Source: Candidatus Daviesbacteria bacterium RIFCSPLOWO2_01_FULL_39_23 (GTDB taxonomy: Bacteria; Patescibacteriota; Microgenomatia; Daviesbacterales; UBA10151). Taken from it: a stretch of DNA of 64,000 nt. The notes beneath the pieces are model-generated. The model worked only from the letters and a program-made list of their open reading frames with translations, was not told where the DNA came from and did not search any database. The first letter of the stretch is position 1. Each line of letters begins with the position of its first letter. Positions 1 to 10,184 of this stretch are shown piece after piece. The DNA is taken from positions 293,449-357,448 of the forward strand of contig MFDN01000001.1 of the NCBI GenBank assembly GCA_001776935.1. The letters are read 5' to 3'. The translations under genes and the position numbers were made by a program.

Positions 1-974
1 CAAATTTTTATTTTTTTATTACAAATACACCTATATGCTTGTTTAATAAGATTTATGGCATATTCAATCTCGTCTTCGGATGTTACATTAAATACTCTAT
101 CAAAAGCCCAGGCTGGGGTTCTTTTAATAACTCTTGAAATACCTTTTTCGTCTCTAAATTCATGACTACATTTTAAGTGGATCTCTAAAGAATCAGGGAG
201 GAATCTAATTGTGCAAAAATTTTTTAGAGGTGATGTTTGATAGGTAATCCAATTCTTCCTCGATTTTTGAGACACACCTGAGATTGAGCAAATTTCAGAG
301 TTCAGCATTGAAAACACCTTTTTAAAATCTCCTTTACCTTTTTCAAGGTGCTTTTCTACAGGAATCGTGCTCCATTTGAAAGTCCATTTTTTGGATTCAT
401 TCTCAAAAGCCTCTTTTGTAAAAGTAGTAAATTTAAAAATCTTATTATTTTGATCTGTATACATCTCGAATGGAACAGCAAGCACATCTGTCCCGTCTTG
501 CGAAAGCATATTAACTATTTCAACTAATTGTTCAGAGATATTGTCAATTAATATGGCTATACCAAAGTTTTTTCCGATTAGATTTTGAATGTCCGCTAAG
601 CTTGCTCTTTTCGAATTATTTTCTGTGATCTTTTTATGAAAGTCTTGAGCTAGACTCTCTTTAAGGTCAGGATTGTTCATAGCAACCTTAAAACGAATTA
701 ACTGATTTGAGATATGGCGGATTATGTCATGGGAGCTTAATTCAACTTCGACAATAAAAAGTTTATTTCTTTCAAAGTCCAACAAAAATCCATCAGGAAT
801 ACCGGAAATACCTTTAACGCTGGTTATTTTTCTTTTGAGGTTAATATAAACAGAATTCTTTCCAAATATATCTGGTGTGTATTGTGTAACAATTTCCTCC
901 AACTCTTTTTCCGATTGATAGGAATGCAGATGAAACTTTTTATTATTCTGGATAATTAATGGAATGCCTACCAT
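1..974 (-). CDS. Partial ORF (runs off left edge): PD-(D/E)xK/NucS-like nuclease domain plus DUF5655-like C-terminal domain
   Basis: Not in the ORF track. Manual translation from ATG 974 is open to base 1: MVGIPLIIQ...SEKELEE...GIPDGFLLD...FIVEVELSSH...SEDEIEYAINLIKQAY. Confidence 0.65.
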   Translation of the reverse strand, partial: MVGIPLIIQNNKKFHLHSYQSEKELEEIVTQYTPDIFGKNSVYINLKRKITSVKGISGIPDGFLLDFERNKLFIVEVELSSHDIIRHISNQLIRFKVAMNNPDLKESLAQDFHKKITENNSKRASLADIQNLIGKNFGIAILIDNISEQLVEIVNMLSQDGTDVLAVPFEMYTDQNNKIFKFTTFTKEAFENESKKWTFKWSTIPVEKHLEKGKGDFKKVFSMLNSEICSISGVSQKSRKNWITYQTSPLKNFCTIRFLPDSLEIHLKCSHEFRDEKGISRVIKRTPAWAFDRVFNVTSEDEIEYAINLIKQAYRCICNKKIKI

Positions 975-983
975 ATTTTATTT

Positions 984-1478
984 TTAATTTTGACTAAAAT
1001 GTTTATAGGTATCCTGCAACATCTGATTTACGCACCACTTGGCATATATTCTGCCGAACAAATACCCTAACCATCTGGTTCTAAATGATCCCGGGAGCTC
1101 ATAATCAATATATACCTTAAATTTGGACTCATTATTCTCAGGGTTAATTTCCAAACCCATCTTGTAATGACCAATAACCAAAAGACTTAAATCTCCCACC
1201 GTTTGCCACGCTTTCCTAAAAGGATGTTCGTGAACTGTCACAAACTCATCAAGATATAGGTTAATTCCTAGGATCTTCCCTTTTAACCTAATATGAGAGC
1301 CAACTTTTTGTCCCTTTCCTTCATCTACTTGAGTTTCCATTTTTCCACCAGCCATCATCCAGGAGGACTTACTCATATGTGCAGAAAAATTAGCATGATT
1401 ATCTGCATACTCAAAGATCTCCTGCGGAGAAGCCTTGATGTTCGCGCTTTTCTCAAAATGCCGCATTTCTTTATTCAT
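984..1478 (-). CDS. SRPBCC/START-fold protein
   Basis: N-terminal 'FEKSANIKASPQEIFEYADN' pattern and C-terminal helix typical of SRPBCC proteins. Confidence 0.7.
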   Translation of the reverse strand: MNKEMRHFEKSANIKASPQEIFEYADNHANFSAHMSKSSWMMAGGKMETQVDEGKGQKVGSHIRLKGKILGINLYLDEFVTVHEHPFRKAWQTVGDLSLLVIGHYKMGLEINPENNESKFKVYIDYELPGSFRTRWLGYLFGRIYAKWCVNQMLQDTYKHFSQN

Positions 1479-1499
1479 CGGAAATAGAAAAATTTGATT

Positions 1500-2366
1500 T
1501 CATACTATTGACACCTTTTGCATCTGTGAAGATCTGCATAACTGTTCAACTTCATCCTTGAGCTTTTCCATTTGGCTAACAGGCAGGTTAAGGTATGTAA
1601 GAATGTTAGACCTAATATTCAAGAGGTCTTTGCACAAAACAATGTCGTGAGAAAGTAATATTTGTTTCTGGGTAGCCGATAAAGAAGAAAGGCAAGTTAT
1701 AGGATGTAAACCTGAATCTTCTATTAAATCCCTTAAAGAGCCTTTATTTGGGTAATTCCAGCCTATTAATTTCATCCCTGCGCACTCACCATATTGGATA
1801 GCATCTGAAGTTAATTTAGTGTTGGTTACAAGCCATGCCTGATGGAATTTTGTCTGATGACCTACTTTTTCCCTCCAGACTGCTGCAATATCATCAAAGC
1901 GAGCCTTAACATACAGAGTTACCTTAACGTCAGAGTAGCCTCCCGGTTGGTTATGGAATTTACATTCCACCATGAAATGCTGGTTATCTTTTTCTGCCAC
2001 TACATCAACCTCATGGTTTACACACTTTCCAAAAACATTAGCTCCGACTTCAATCGTATAGCCGTTATGTTTAAGTAGTGCTCCAATAAATTTTTCAAAG
2101 GGATAGCCTGTTGGCCCCAATTCCATAATGGCTCTTTTAAGATTAAATTTACCAAGAAGCAGGGGGTTTTCTTTTTTGAGAGACTCAAAAATACCTGAGT
2201 AAATTTTATTTGTGGGTATACCATCGTAAAGCTCATTTTTAAGCTGAGTAAGTATTGTTTTTGTCAAATTTTGATCAACACTTGCTCTTTTCAATGAAAG
2301 TATGACTTTTTCTTCACTGAATGGTTCTAATTGCCCGGAAGCTTTTTTAACTTGAATAATATCCAT
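1500..2366 (-). CDS. ATP-cone domain fused to an Mrr-like restriction endonuclease domain
   Basis: N-terminal VKKASGQLEPFSEEKV (ATP-cone), then FEKFI...EVDVVAEK...VECKFH nuclease motif. Confidence 0.8.
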   Translation of the reverse strand: MDIIQVKKASGQLEPFSEEKVILSLKRASVDQNLTKTILTQLKNELYDGIPTNKIYSGIFESLKKENPLLLGKFNLKRAIMELGPTGYPFEKFIGALLKHNGYTIEVGANVFGKCVNHEVDVVAEKDNQHFMVECKFHNQPGGYSDVKVTLYVKARFDDIAAVWREKVGHQTKFHQAWLVTNTKLTSDAIQYGECAGMKLIGWNYPNKGSLRDLIEDSGLHPITCLSSLSATQKQILLSHDIVLCKDLLNIRSNILTYLNLPVSQMEKLKDEVEQLCRSSQMQKVSIV

Positions 2367-2374
2367 ATTAAACC

Positions 2375-2403
2375 TTGACAGACACCCCCTGGGGGTATAA
2401 CAT
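2375..2403 (+). promoter_or_regulatory. sigma70 promoter overlapped by a CsoR-type C/G-tract operator
   Basis: TTGACA (2375-2380), N17, TAACAT (2398-2403). The spacer contains the palindrome ACCCCC-T-GGGGGT (2384-2396). The csoR ATG at 2412 would be near-leaderless. Confidence 0.85.
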
Positions 2404-2411
2404 TAGCTTAT

Positions 2412-2681
2412 ATGAAAAATGATAAAGATGTCAAGGGTCAGTCCAGGAAAAGGATTAATATTATCAAAGGTCAACTTGATGGTTTGCTTAAAATGATTGA
2501 GGAAGATGAATATTGTATAGATCTGCTCAATCAAAGTCTAGCTATCCAGAATTCCATTAAAAGCCTTGATGCTCTTATATTCGAGAAGCACTTAAAAACA
2601 CATGTTGTGGATCAATTCCAAAACAAACAGGACAAAGCGATTGAAGAACTGCTAAGATTATTTAAGAGAATACATCAATAA
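2412..2681 (+). CDS. csoR: CsoR/RcnR family metal-sensing repressor
   Basis: [26 protein letters not shown]...KHLKTH, located directly upstream of the Cu-ATPase. Confidence 0.9.
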   Translation: MKNDKDVKGQSRKRINIIKGQLDGLLKMIEEDEYCIDLLNQSLAIQNSIKSLDALIFEKHLKTHVVDQFQNKQDKAIEELLRLFKRIHQ

Positions 2682-2692
2682 ATAAATTATCT

Positions 2693-4930
2693 ATGAAAAT
2701 GTATACCTGTCCAATGCACCCTGAAGTACAGAGTGACAAGCCGGGAAAATGCCCTAAATGTGGGATGACTTTGATTGAGAAGGATGAGCAATCACATCGT
2801 GGAACGGAATCCATGCAACACACCTCTCATACACCTAAAGAAAATACTAATCATGGTCAGGGAGTTCTTTATACCTGTCCCATGGATCCTGACGTTATGC
2901 AGGATGCTCCTGGCAATTGCCCGAAGTGCGGGATGAAACTTGTGCCTATGACTTCAGAACATGAAGGACATGAGGACCATGCTTCAATGGAGCGGGATTT
3001 TAAGAGACGTTTTTTCATTACTCTTCCATTTGTTATTTTGTCCATTTTACTCTCAAGAATGATTCAGATGTGGCTTGGCCTTGATCTTGCTATTCCGGGA
3101 CAGGAGTTACTACTGTTTGCTATTGGAACCTTTATTTTCTTTTTCGGCGGGTTACCTTTTTTCAAAGGCGCTAAAGGTGAATTGTCACGCAGAAACCCGG
3201 GGATGATGACTTTAGTGGCTTTTGCCATAACGATTGGGTATACTTTTTCTGTAGCTGCTACATTTCTTTTTCCCGGAGAATCATTATATTGGGAAATTTC
3301 CACTCTTATTTCTGTCTTTCTACTCGGCCACTGGTTAGAGATGCGGGCTGTCAGAGGCGCAACAGGCGCTTTGGCAGAGCTTGCCAAACTTATCCCCCCC
3401 TCTGCCCATCTTTTGAAAGATGGAAATGTGGTAGATGTTCAAACTAGTGAGCTAAAAATTAGCGACGGAGTTTTAGTAAAACCGGGAGAGAAAATCCCGG
3501 TTGATGGAGTGGTAATTGATGGAGAAAGTTCCGTTAATGAATCAATGGTGACAGGTGAATCAAGGCCCATAAGTAAGAAAAAAGGTGACAAAGTAATTGG
3601 GGGTACGATCAACCAGGATGGGTCTTTGACAATTGAGGTATCTAAAACCGGAGCCGATACGGCCATCTCCCAGATTATGAAGCTGATAAGAGAAGCCCAG
3701 GCCTCAAAACCTAATGTACAGCATTTAGCTGATCAGGCCGCAGCTGTTTTGTTTTATGTAGCGGTGGTTGCCGGAGCATCCTCATTTGCTTATTGGATGT
3801 TTATTTCTCCACAAGGTGCGGTCTTTGCTGCAACAGTTGCCGTAGCTGCTGTTGTTGTCGCCTGTCCTCATGCTTTAGGTCTGGCTATTCCCACAGTTAC
3901 TACTATTACTTCTACTCTAGGCGCTAAAAATGGAATTTTAATAAAAGACATGAAGGGTTTGGAAATTGCCAGAAAAATCAGTTATGTAGTGTTTGATAAG
4001 ACCGGTACTTTGACCAAAGGCGAATTTGGGGTAACGGATATCATTCTAAATCCAGATGCAGGTATTAAGGATCAGGGTGAATTATTGAGATTGGCTTCAT
4101 CAGTGGAGGTTCAATCACAGCATTCTATAGCCCAAGGAATTGTTAATGATGCTAAAAACAAAAAACTGGAGATTCCCAGTGTCAAAGAATTTAAATCCTT
4201 CCCGGGTAAAGGAGCAGTTGGAAGCGTTGAAGGTAAAAAGGTTGCTGCTGGTAATAAAACTTTGATGGAAGAATTGAAAGTAGAGATAGATAATTTGAAG
4301 ATGGAACAAAAGGCTAATACGCCGGTTTACATTGCTATAAATAATAAATTAGCAGGGATCATTCTCCTTGCTGACATCATCAGAGAAGAATCCAAAGAGG
4401 CTGTTAAAAGGCTTCACGATATGGGAATAAAAACTGCCATGCTCACAGGAGATACCCAGGATGTTGCCAATGAGGTAGGTAAACAGCTTGATATGGATAC
4501 TGTCTTTGCCCAGGTTCTACCAGAAGATAAGGTAAATAAGATAAAAGAGCTGCAGGAAAAAGGCAATGTGGTGGCGATGGTGGGAGATGGAGTTAATGAC
4601 GCACCATCTTTAACCCAATCACATGTCGGTATTGCCATCGGTGCAGGTACAGATGTGGCAGTTGAATCGGCAGGTATAGTGCTGATGAAAAACGATCCCA
4701 TGGATGTAGTCAAAGCAATCTCCTTAAGCCGTAAAACTAATACTAAAATGGTTCAAAACCTTATTTGGGCAACCGGATACAATATCTTTGCTATCCCAAC
4801 TGCTGCAGGAGTACTATATCCTGCATTTGGTATCGTTCTTAGGCCTGAATGGGCAGCTTTACTTATGAGCGCATCCTCGATTATTGTTGTCTTTAATGCC
4901 TTGCTTTTAAGAAGAGCAAAACTTGATTAA
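2693..4930 (+). CDS. copB: P1B-type copper-translocating ATPase (CopB-like, CPH motif) with two YTCPM metal-binding repeats
   Basis: [20 protein letters not shown] and GDGVNDAP motifs. N-terminal [14 protein letters not shown] occurs twice, with His-rich linkers. Confidence 0.92.
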   Translation: MKMYTCPMHPEVQSDKPGKCPKCGMTLIEKDEQSHRGTESMQHTSHTPKENTNHGQGVLYTCPMDPDVMQDAPGNCPKCGMKLVPMTSEHEGHEDHASMERDFKRRFFITLPFVILSILLSRMIQMWLGLDLAIPGQELLLFAIGTFIFFFGGLPFFKGAKGELSRRNPGMMTLVAFAITIGYTFSVAATFLFPGESLYWEISTLISVFLLGHWLEMRAVRGATGALAELAKLIPPSAHLLKDGNVVDVQTSELKISDGVLVKPGEKIPVDGVVIDGESSVNESMVTGESRPISKKKGDKVIGGTINQDGSLTIEVSKTGADTAISQIMKLIREAQASKPNVQHLADQAAAVLFYVAVVAGASSFAYWMFISPQGAVFAATVAVAAVVVACPHALGLAIPTVTTITSTLGAKNGILIKDMKGLEIARKISYVVFDKTGTLTKGEFGVTDIILNPDAGIKDQGELLRLASSVEVQSQHSIAQGIVNDAKNKKLEIPSVKEFKSFPGKGAVGSVEGKKVAAGNKTLMEELKVEIDNLKMEQKANTPVYIAINNKLAGIILLADIIREESKEAVKRLHDMGIKTAMLTGDTQDVANEVGKQLDMDTVFAQVLPEDKVNKIKELQEKGNVVAMVGDGVNDAPSLTQSHVGIAIGAGTDVAVESAGIVLMKNDPMDVVKAISLSRKTNTKMVQNLIWATGYNIFAIPTAAGVLYPAFGIVLRPEWAALLMSASSIIVVFNALLLRRAKLD

Positions 4931-4951
4931 ACTACGAAAGGAGGTAAAAGT

Positions 4952-5167
4952 ATGTTTGGATTATTTAGTAAAGTTACAGACCCAGTTTGTAGAATGAAAG
5001 TAGATAAAAACAAAGCTAAATATTCTTCAGAACATAAAGGCGAGAAGTACTATCTTTGTTCTGAAAATTGTAAGAAAAGTTTTGATGAAGAACCAGGAAA
5101 ATATGCCCAGCAAGAAAACATTCCCACAAAGAACTGCTGCCAGCAAAACACTAAATCCTGCTGTTAA
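4952..5167 (+). CDS. YHS-domain protein with Cys-rich tail
   Basis: DPVCRM...YYLCSENC, ending KNCC..KSCC. SD AAGGAGG. Confidence 0.85.
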   Translation: MFGLFSKVTDPVCRMKVDKNKAKYSSEHKGEKYYLCSENCKKSFDEEPGKYAQQENIPTKNCCQQNTKSCC

Positions 5168-6573
5168 ACACAACAACTCAATTTGGAGATATCTTTAGTA
5201 AAAGATAACGCAACTATCTTTAGAGCCTCAGAAAGGGTTGGAAACATCGGCAAAGAGGAAACTACATCGTCAACAGTATTTTTATTTTTAACTAACCACA
5301 TAGCTTGAGCAACTAGGTCACCTGCATTAGGAGACAGAATATGCACCCCAAGAATTACTTTTGTCTCAGGATGAATAATCATTTTAATTAACCCTTCTGT
5401 TCTGCCAATGATATGAGCTTTGGGAACATCGGCAAATGAAACAGTACGGCAAAGACAACTTCCTATTTGTTTTATCTCTTGTTCCTCAGTTAAACCGACT
5501 CCGGCAAGCTGCGGGTCAGTAAAGATAGTCCAAGGTACAGAATGATAATCAATACTATTTTGTGCATTCTTTAGGGCATTTTCTGCTGCTAATGTACCTT
5601 CCCTGCCAGCAGTTGGTTCTTGCCTAATTAGTAAATTTGTTACATCACCTACTGCAAAAATGTTGGCTTGAGATGATTGAAAACCGGGACTTACCTTTAT
5701 AGCTTGTTTCTCATCCACCTCAACATCTGCTTTATCAAGAGCTAATCTTTCGGTATTGGGAGTTTTACCTGTTGCGAGTAATATTTCATCCGCTGATACC
5801 TCTTCTTGTTTATCGTCAACTATGTAAGTAAGTATCTTTTTATCTCCTTCTCTACGGGCAGACTGCACTTGTACACCAGTTCTAATAATTATTCCTTCAT
5901 TGGTAAGAATTTCTGTTAATTTATCAGTTAGTTCTCTTTCTGCCGGAGGGAAAATAGAATCACTTCTTTGTAGAATTGTTACTTTAGTGCCGAATCTTGA
6001 ATACATTTGTGCAAACTCTAAACCTAATGGTCCTGCACCAACTACAATCAGTTCCTTAGGCTGTTTTTTAATTTGCAATGCTTCAATATGAGTTAAATAT
6101 CCTACTTTTTTAATACCATCTATTGGTGGTACAGTTGCAGTAGAACCTGCAGCAATAATAAATTTTTTGGCTTGAAATTTTTGTCCGTCGACTTCTATCT
6201 CGTTAGGGGAAACAAAGGCAGCTTTACCTTCTATATGAGCAATATTTTCTAAACCATTTAAGACTTTCTCGTATTTTTCAGTTCTTAGTTTGGCTACTAA
6301 ATCAAGCTCATGCTGAACAACTTGTGAAAAATCAAAATCTTTAACTTCGATATTAACTCCCGGAATACTGTGGTTCTTGGCAAGATGCATTACCTCACCT
6401 GCCCAAAGAAGTGTTTTTGAGGGAACACAACCAACATTCACACAAGTGCCACCCAAAGGCAACCCTTTATTTACCATCAATGTTTTTGCGCCCAGTTCGT
6501 TGGCTTTAATAGCAGCAGCAAATGCTCCTGCTCCACCACCGACAATAATTAAATCAAATACCTGCATACTCAT
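5164..6573 (-). CDS. merA: Mercuric reductase (core only, no NmerA domain)
   Basis: GGGAGA FAD motif, GGTCVNVGCVPSK redox centre, GAGPLG, and C-terminal vicinal Cys (LSCCV). Confidence 0.88.
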   Translation of the reverse strand: MSMQVFDLIIVGGGAGAFAAAIKANELGAKTLMVNKGLPLGGTCVNVGCVPSKTLLWAGEVMHLAKNHSIPGVNIEVKDFDFSQVVQHELDLVAKLRTEKYEKVLNGLENIAHIEGKAAFVSPNEIEVDGQKFQAKKFIIAAGSTATVPPIDGIKKVGYLTHIEALQIKKQPKELIVVGAGPLGLEFAQMYSRFGTKVTILQRSDSIFPPAERELTDKLTEILTNEGIIIRTGVQVQSARREGDKKILTYIVDDKQEEVSADEILLATGKTPNTERLALDKADVEVDEKQAIKVSPGFQSSQANIFAVGDVTNLLIRQEPTAGREGTLAAENALKNAQNSIDYHSVPWTIFTDPQLAGVGLTEEQEIKQIGSCLCRTVSFADVPKAHIIGRTEGLIKMIIHPETKVILGVHILSPNAGDLVAQAMWLVKNKNTVDDVVSSLPMFPTLSEALKIVALSFTKDISKLSCCV

Positions 6574-6602
6574 ATAAGTATAAAACAGAAATTAACAAAA
6601 GT

Positions 6603-6821
6603 TTAGCAATTTGCTTCTGCATATTGATAAGGGTTCTTATCAAACTCGGCTTTACAATTTTCAGAGCAGAAACCATATTCTTTGCCCTCGTAAGTGCTTT
6701 TATATTTTGTCTTTTCCAAATTAACCTTCATCCCACAAATTGGGTCTTTAACTTCATTTATTTCTTCATCAACCTTTTTGGCAATATTTTTTACAATCTT
6801 AGGTATCTTCAAAGGTTTCAC
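6603..6821 (-). CDS. YHS-domain protein
   Basis: KDPICGMKV...YGFCSENCKAEFDKNP. Confidence 0.85.
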   Translation of the reverse strand: MKPLKIPKIVKNIAKKVDEEINEVKDPICGMKVNLEKTKYKSTYEGKEYGFCSENCKAEFDKNPYQYAEANC

Positions 6822-6833
6822 CTCCTCTATGAA

Positions 6834-7508
6834 CTATAATTTATCTATCTCTGTCGATAGCTCGTTATTTCTTACAGCCATAGTAACATCATCCCTGACA
6901 AACTTTATAATCCCTTCCTTATTGATTATTACATAAGTATGTCCAGGGAATTGGCCTTTATGCATTGATGAAGGAAGAGTTAAAACTCCATATTTTTGGG
7001 AAATCTGCCTGTTGCTGTCAAAAAGTACAGTTGCCCCCGCAAGCTCGGGCATTTTATCTATAGCTTGTTTCCAATTATTTTTTGGATCAGCTGTAATATT
7101 GAAAATAACTGCCTTTTTAGCCAGTTCTGTATCCTTACCAAAAGCTGCGATTTGGTTCCAGCAAGCCGGATAGCACATTAACCCTTCATTAAAAAAGAGA
7201 ATGACATTTTTGCCCTTTAATTCACTCAAGATGATCTTTTTCCCACTATAGTCTTCTAGAGTAAAGTCGGGAGCAATCTTGCCAAGTAAACTATTAAAAA
7301 TAGTAGCATCAGCGGGAGTCCCTCCTCCGTGATGACTGGCCATAGAGTTAGCTTGTGCATTCTGGTTTGTTTGAGTAGTTGGTTGGTTGGCAGAAACCTC
7401 ATCTCCCTTAGTATTTATATTTATCTGGATATTAAAATTACTAACAAGTAAGATTAAAGCTAATACTACCCCTGTTCCTAAAATTGCAATAAGTCCATTT
7501 TTGTTCAT
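6834..7508 (-). CDS. Membrane-anchored redoxin (AhpC/TSA-fold) with CYPAC motif, copy 1
   Basis: N-terminal TM; APDFTL...LKGKNVILFFNEGLMCYPACW...PGHTYVII. Confidence 0.8.
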   Translation of the reverse strand: MNKNGLIAILGTGVVLALILLVSNFNIQININTKGDEVSANQPTTQTNQNAQANSMASHHGGGTPADATIFNSLLGKIAPDFTLEDYSGKKIILSELKGKNVILFFNEGLMCYPACWNQIAAFGKDTELAKKAVIFNITADPKNNWKQAIDKMPELAGATVLFDSNRQISQKYGVLTLPSSMHKGQFPGHTYVIINKEGIIKFVRDDVTMAVRNNELSTEIDKL

Positions 7509-7512
7509 AGTT

Positions 7513-8379
7513 TCACCTCCTTTTCTTCAAAGAGATAAATTGTTTAACAGCAAGATAAACAATAGATAAGGCAATGCCAACGAAAATAACTGCCCAACCT
7601 ATTTCGGGAATAATCTGAGTAAACTGGCTGATAGATTTTATGAATTTTGTCATATAGATATTTAGTGCCACCTGATACGAATTATGGGAAGTGAGTTGGC
7701 TGGTTCTTGCGAGATAGATGATAACAACTCCTAAAATCAGAAACATTAACCCTGAGAAAAGATTAGCAAAGGTAAGACTAATCTTTTGACCCAACACGGT
7801 ATAAGAGATGCTTTTCCTGAAAGCAAAAAACTTCTTGGTAAAGTCAACTTTGTCCAAGAAAAGGGCAATGAGGAAGAGAGGAAGAACCATTCCCAGCACA
7901 TAAGCCAGAGTATAAACTCCTCCCAAGAAAACTGAACCAGGAAGCATTGATAAGGTCAGTACTCCTGCCAGCACCGGAGCGCAACAAGTAGTAGCAATGG
8001 CAGAAAATATACCCAGGACGTACACCGATATAAAATCCTGCCTCTTTAACTCCGGATGAACACTAAAAGGTAGCGAAAATTGTTGTCCTAAAAGTAAAGT
8101 CATACCCAGGAAGAGCAAGAAAACTCCACCTACAAGAAAGATTACGTCATGATACTGACTGAAAATTTGAGTGAGCAACGATACGCCAAGACCAATTGGA
8201 AGAAAAATAGTTAAGATACCCAGGAAATAAACAAAGGTCATCAAAAATACTGTGGCTTTTTGTTTAAAGATGGAAGCAAAATAGCTTGGCAAAAGCACAG
8301 TGATACAACAGGGTGCAAAGAGCGCGGCAATCCCTGCCACAAATGAAGCTATAAATGATGCACTAACTAAAAGATCCAT
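7513..8379 (-). CDS. ccdA: CcdA/DsbD-beta transmembrane electron transporter, copy 1
   Basis: Multi-TM protein with FAPCCITVLLPSY and TTCCAPVLAG motifs. Confidence 0.8.
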   Translation of the reverse strand: MDLLVSASFIASFVAGIAALFAPCCITVLLPSYFASIFKQKATVFLMTFVYFLGILTIFLPIGLGVSLLTQIFSQYHDVIFLVGGVFLLFLGMTLLLGQQFSLPFSVHPELKRQDFISVYVLGIFSAIATTCCAPVLAGVLTLSMLPGSVFLGGVYTLAYVLGMVLPLFLIALFLDKVDFTKKFFAFRKSISYTVLGQKISLTFANLFSGLMFLILGVVIIYLARTSQLTSHNSYQVALNIYMTKFIKSISQFTQIIPEIGWAVIFVGIALSIVYLAVKQFISLKKRR

Positions 8380-8382
8380 AAT

Positions 8383-8979
8383 TTAAAGTTTTTCAATCTC
8401 TGCTATTAACTCTTGGTTTCTTGTTCCCATCTGAGGATCGTCTTTAACGAAACGGACAATTCCATCTTTATCAACAATTATATAAGTATGACCAGGGAGC
8501 TGACCTTTATGCATTGAAGAAGGTAGGGTGAGCACGTTATACAAGATAGAAGTCTTTTTGTCAGTATCTAATAGAACAGTTGATTGAGCTAATTCCGGCA
8601 TCTTGTCAATTGCTCCTTTCCAGTCATCTTTTTTGTCATTAACAATTGATAGTACAACAGTATTTTTGTCAGTAAAATCTTTAGCTTGTCCAAAGGCAGC
8701 AATCTGATTCCAGCAGGCCGGATAGCATACTAAGCCTTCATTGAAAAAGAGAATGACATTTTTACCTTTAAGACTGCTCAGAGTAATTTTATCGCCGGTG
8801 TAACTCTCCAGGGTAAAATCAGGAGCAGGTTTACCAATTAAATCATTAAGTGGAGTACTTGCATTTTGATTAGTAGAAGAACCTTGATTACTGCTGCCGC
8901 TTAGTAAAAAGACCCCACCAACAAGTATGGCAACTGTGACTAACACACCAATCATAATAATTATCTTATCTTTACCCAT
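8383..8979 (-). CDS. Membrane-anchored redoxin with CYPAC motif, copy 2
   Basis: Close paralog of 6834-7508 (EGLVCYPACWNQIAAFG...LTLPSSMHKGQLPGHTY). Start moved to ATG 8979. Confidence 0.8.
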   Translation of the reverse strand: MGKDKIIIMIGVLVTVAILVGGVFLLSGSSNQGSSTNQNASTPLNDLIGKPAPDFTLESYTGDKITLSSLKGKNVILFFNEGLVCYPACWNQIAAFGQAKDFTDKNTVVLSIVNDKKDDWKGAIDKMPELAQSTVLLDTDKKTSILYNVLTLPSSMHKGQLPGHTYIIVDKDGIVRFVKDDPQMGTRNQELIAEIEKL

Positions 8980-8984
8980 ATTTT

Positions 8985-9212
8985 TTAGTGGCAAGACTTA
9001 CCATCTTGCTTAGTATTATCCTTTCCTTCCTGATTATGATCCCCATGGCCTTTCATCATGAATATATGCATCAAAGGGCAGGCCAGAAAAATACCAAAGT
9101 AGAGCAAGCTTCCAAAAGGGACTTTAAAAATTGTGACAGCTATAATTGTCCCCGCAAGAACTACTAAACAACCTAGCAACAATTTACCCTTAGTAAGTTT
9201 CAAAGATCCCAT
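8985..9212 (-). CDS. DUF2933-like small membrane protein
   Basis: LACPLMHIFMMKGHGDH signature, typical of copper loci. Confidence 0.75.
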   Translation of the reverse strand: MGSLKLTKGKLLLGCLVVLAGTIIAVTIFKVPFGSLLYFGIFLACPLMHIFMMKGHGDHNQEGKDNTKQDGKSCH

Positions 9213-9679
9213 TTAAAGCTCCTTTCAACAACTCCGCCTACATTTTTAATTTTTAACTCCAGCGACCTAGGTTTTGGTGAAATTGGATTAAATTTCAGAA
9301 CACCATTACGATGATGACCACCGGGGGGCGAGCCGTCCCAAGAGGTAGGTTTATATGCCTTTCCTTGATCATCCAAAAGTTCAGAAACAGCGACCAAGTC
9401 TTCACTAAGCTCTTCTGAATGAGTATTTAAGGTGATATCAAAATCCCAACTGGAAGAACCACTTTCTAAACTGCGTGGAGTGACGGCAACAGTAACAGGC
9501 CCCTCACTACTCTCTTTTGTTTTTTGGTTGCTATTACTATTTGTGTTTTGGGTTGGGTTAGCTGTATTAGTAGATATGCTTGGATTTTTTGGGCCTATGT
9601 TTATAGAAAAATTATCCTTAAGATTAACCACAAAAATTACAAGTAATATAACAATAAAGATAATAGTTAAGTTTTTCAT
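9200..9679 (-). CDS. Exported/membrane-anchored His-motif protein
   Basis: N-terminal TM; LNTHSEEL and PPGGHHR motifs. Confidence 0.6.
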   Translation of the reverse strand: MKNLTIIFIVILLVIFVVNLKDNFSINIGPKNPSISTNTANPTQNTNSNSNQKTKESSEGPVTVAVTPRSLESGSSSWDFDITLNTHSEELSEDLVAVSELLDDQGKAYKPTSWDGSPPGGHHRNGVLKFNPISPKPRSLELKIKNVGGVVERSFKWDL

Positions 9680-10128
9680 TGTTGAGAAAGTTTTAATACC
9701 TTACTTCCTATGTAAAATATCCCTAAAAGATTAAAAAATAAGCCAATCCAAAAAAATTGAACCTGATATTGACCAATAAAAGTAATTATCCCCGTTACGC
9801 CAAGAATCGGTAATATATTAGTTAAATAATGAGCACAACAGGAAATCATGGTAGCGGTGGAAGTGGTCCCTGTTGTAGCTAATACCTGTCCGGTAGCCTG
9901 TTGTTTAATAGCACCCTTAAGATAGCTGTAAAGGGTAACTTGAACTCCAAAACCTAAAGCAAGACTTATAACGTAATACCAAAATTGGGCGAATTGATCC
10001 CAGGCAAACTTCCACCCAGAAATAAGCGTAATAATCAAAAAATATACAGATAAAAGAATAGAAAAGGCTAACAATCCCTTTAGCAAGGATTTCTTCAAAA
10101 TATCCACATTTACAGTTAAATTATTCAT
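9676..10128 (-). CDS. Membrane protein with SCCAH metal-binding motif
   Basis: Four TM segments and MISCCAHYL. Start placed at ATG 10128 because an operator lies at 10153-10169. Confidence 0.65.
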   Translation of the reverse strand: MNNLTVNVDILKKSLLKGLLAFSILLSVYFLIITLISGWKFAWDQFAQFWYYVISLALGFGVQVTLYSYLKGAIKQQATGQVLATTGTTSTATMISCCAHYLTNILPILGVTGIITFIGQYQVQFFWIGLFFNLLGIFYIGSKVLKLSQQ

Positions 10129-10152
10129 CTTGATTAAGTCTAGCATAAAAGA

Positions 10153-10169
10153 TACTACAATGTGTAGTA
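10153..10169. promoter_or_regulatory. BlaI-type operator TACTAC-N5-GTAGTA (site 1 of 4)
   Basis: TACTACaatgtGTAGTA, at the head of the 10128->5164 minus-strand operon. Confidence 0.7.
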
Positions 10170-10184
10170 CCATTTAAATGGTTA

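Noticed and set aside
5155-5180. Convergent YHS and merA genes both ending in Cys-Cys and sharing TTAA
   Set aside because: Each CC is explained by its own protein, so this is likely coincidence.
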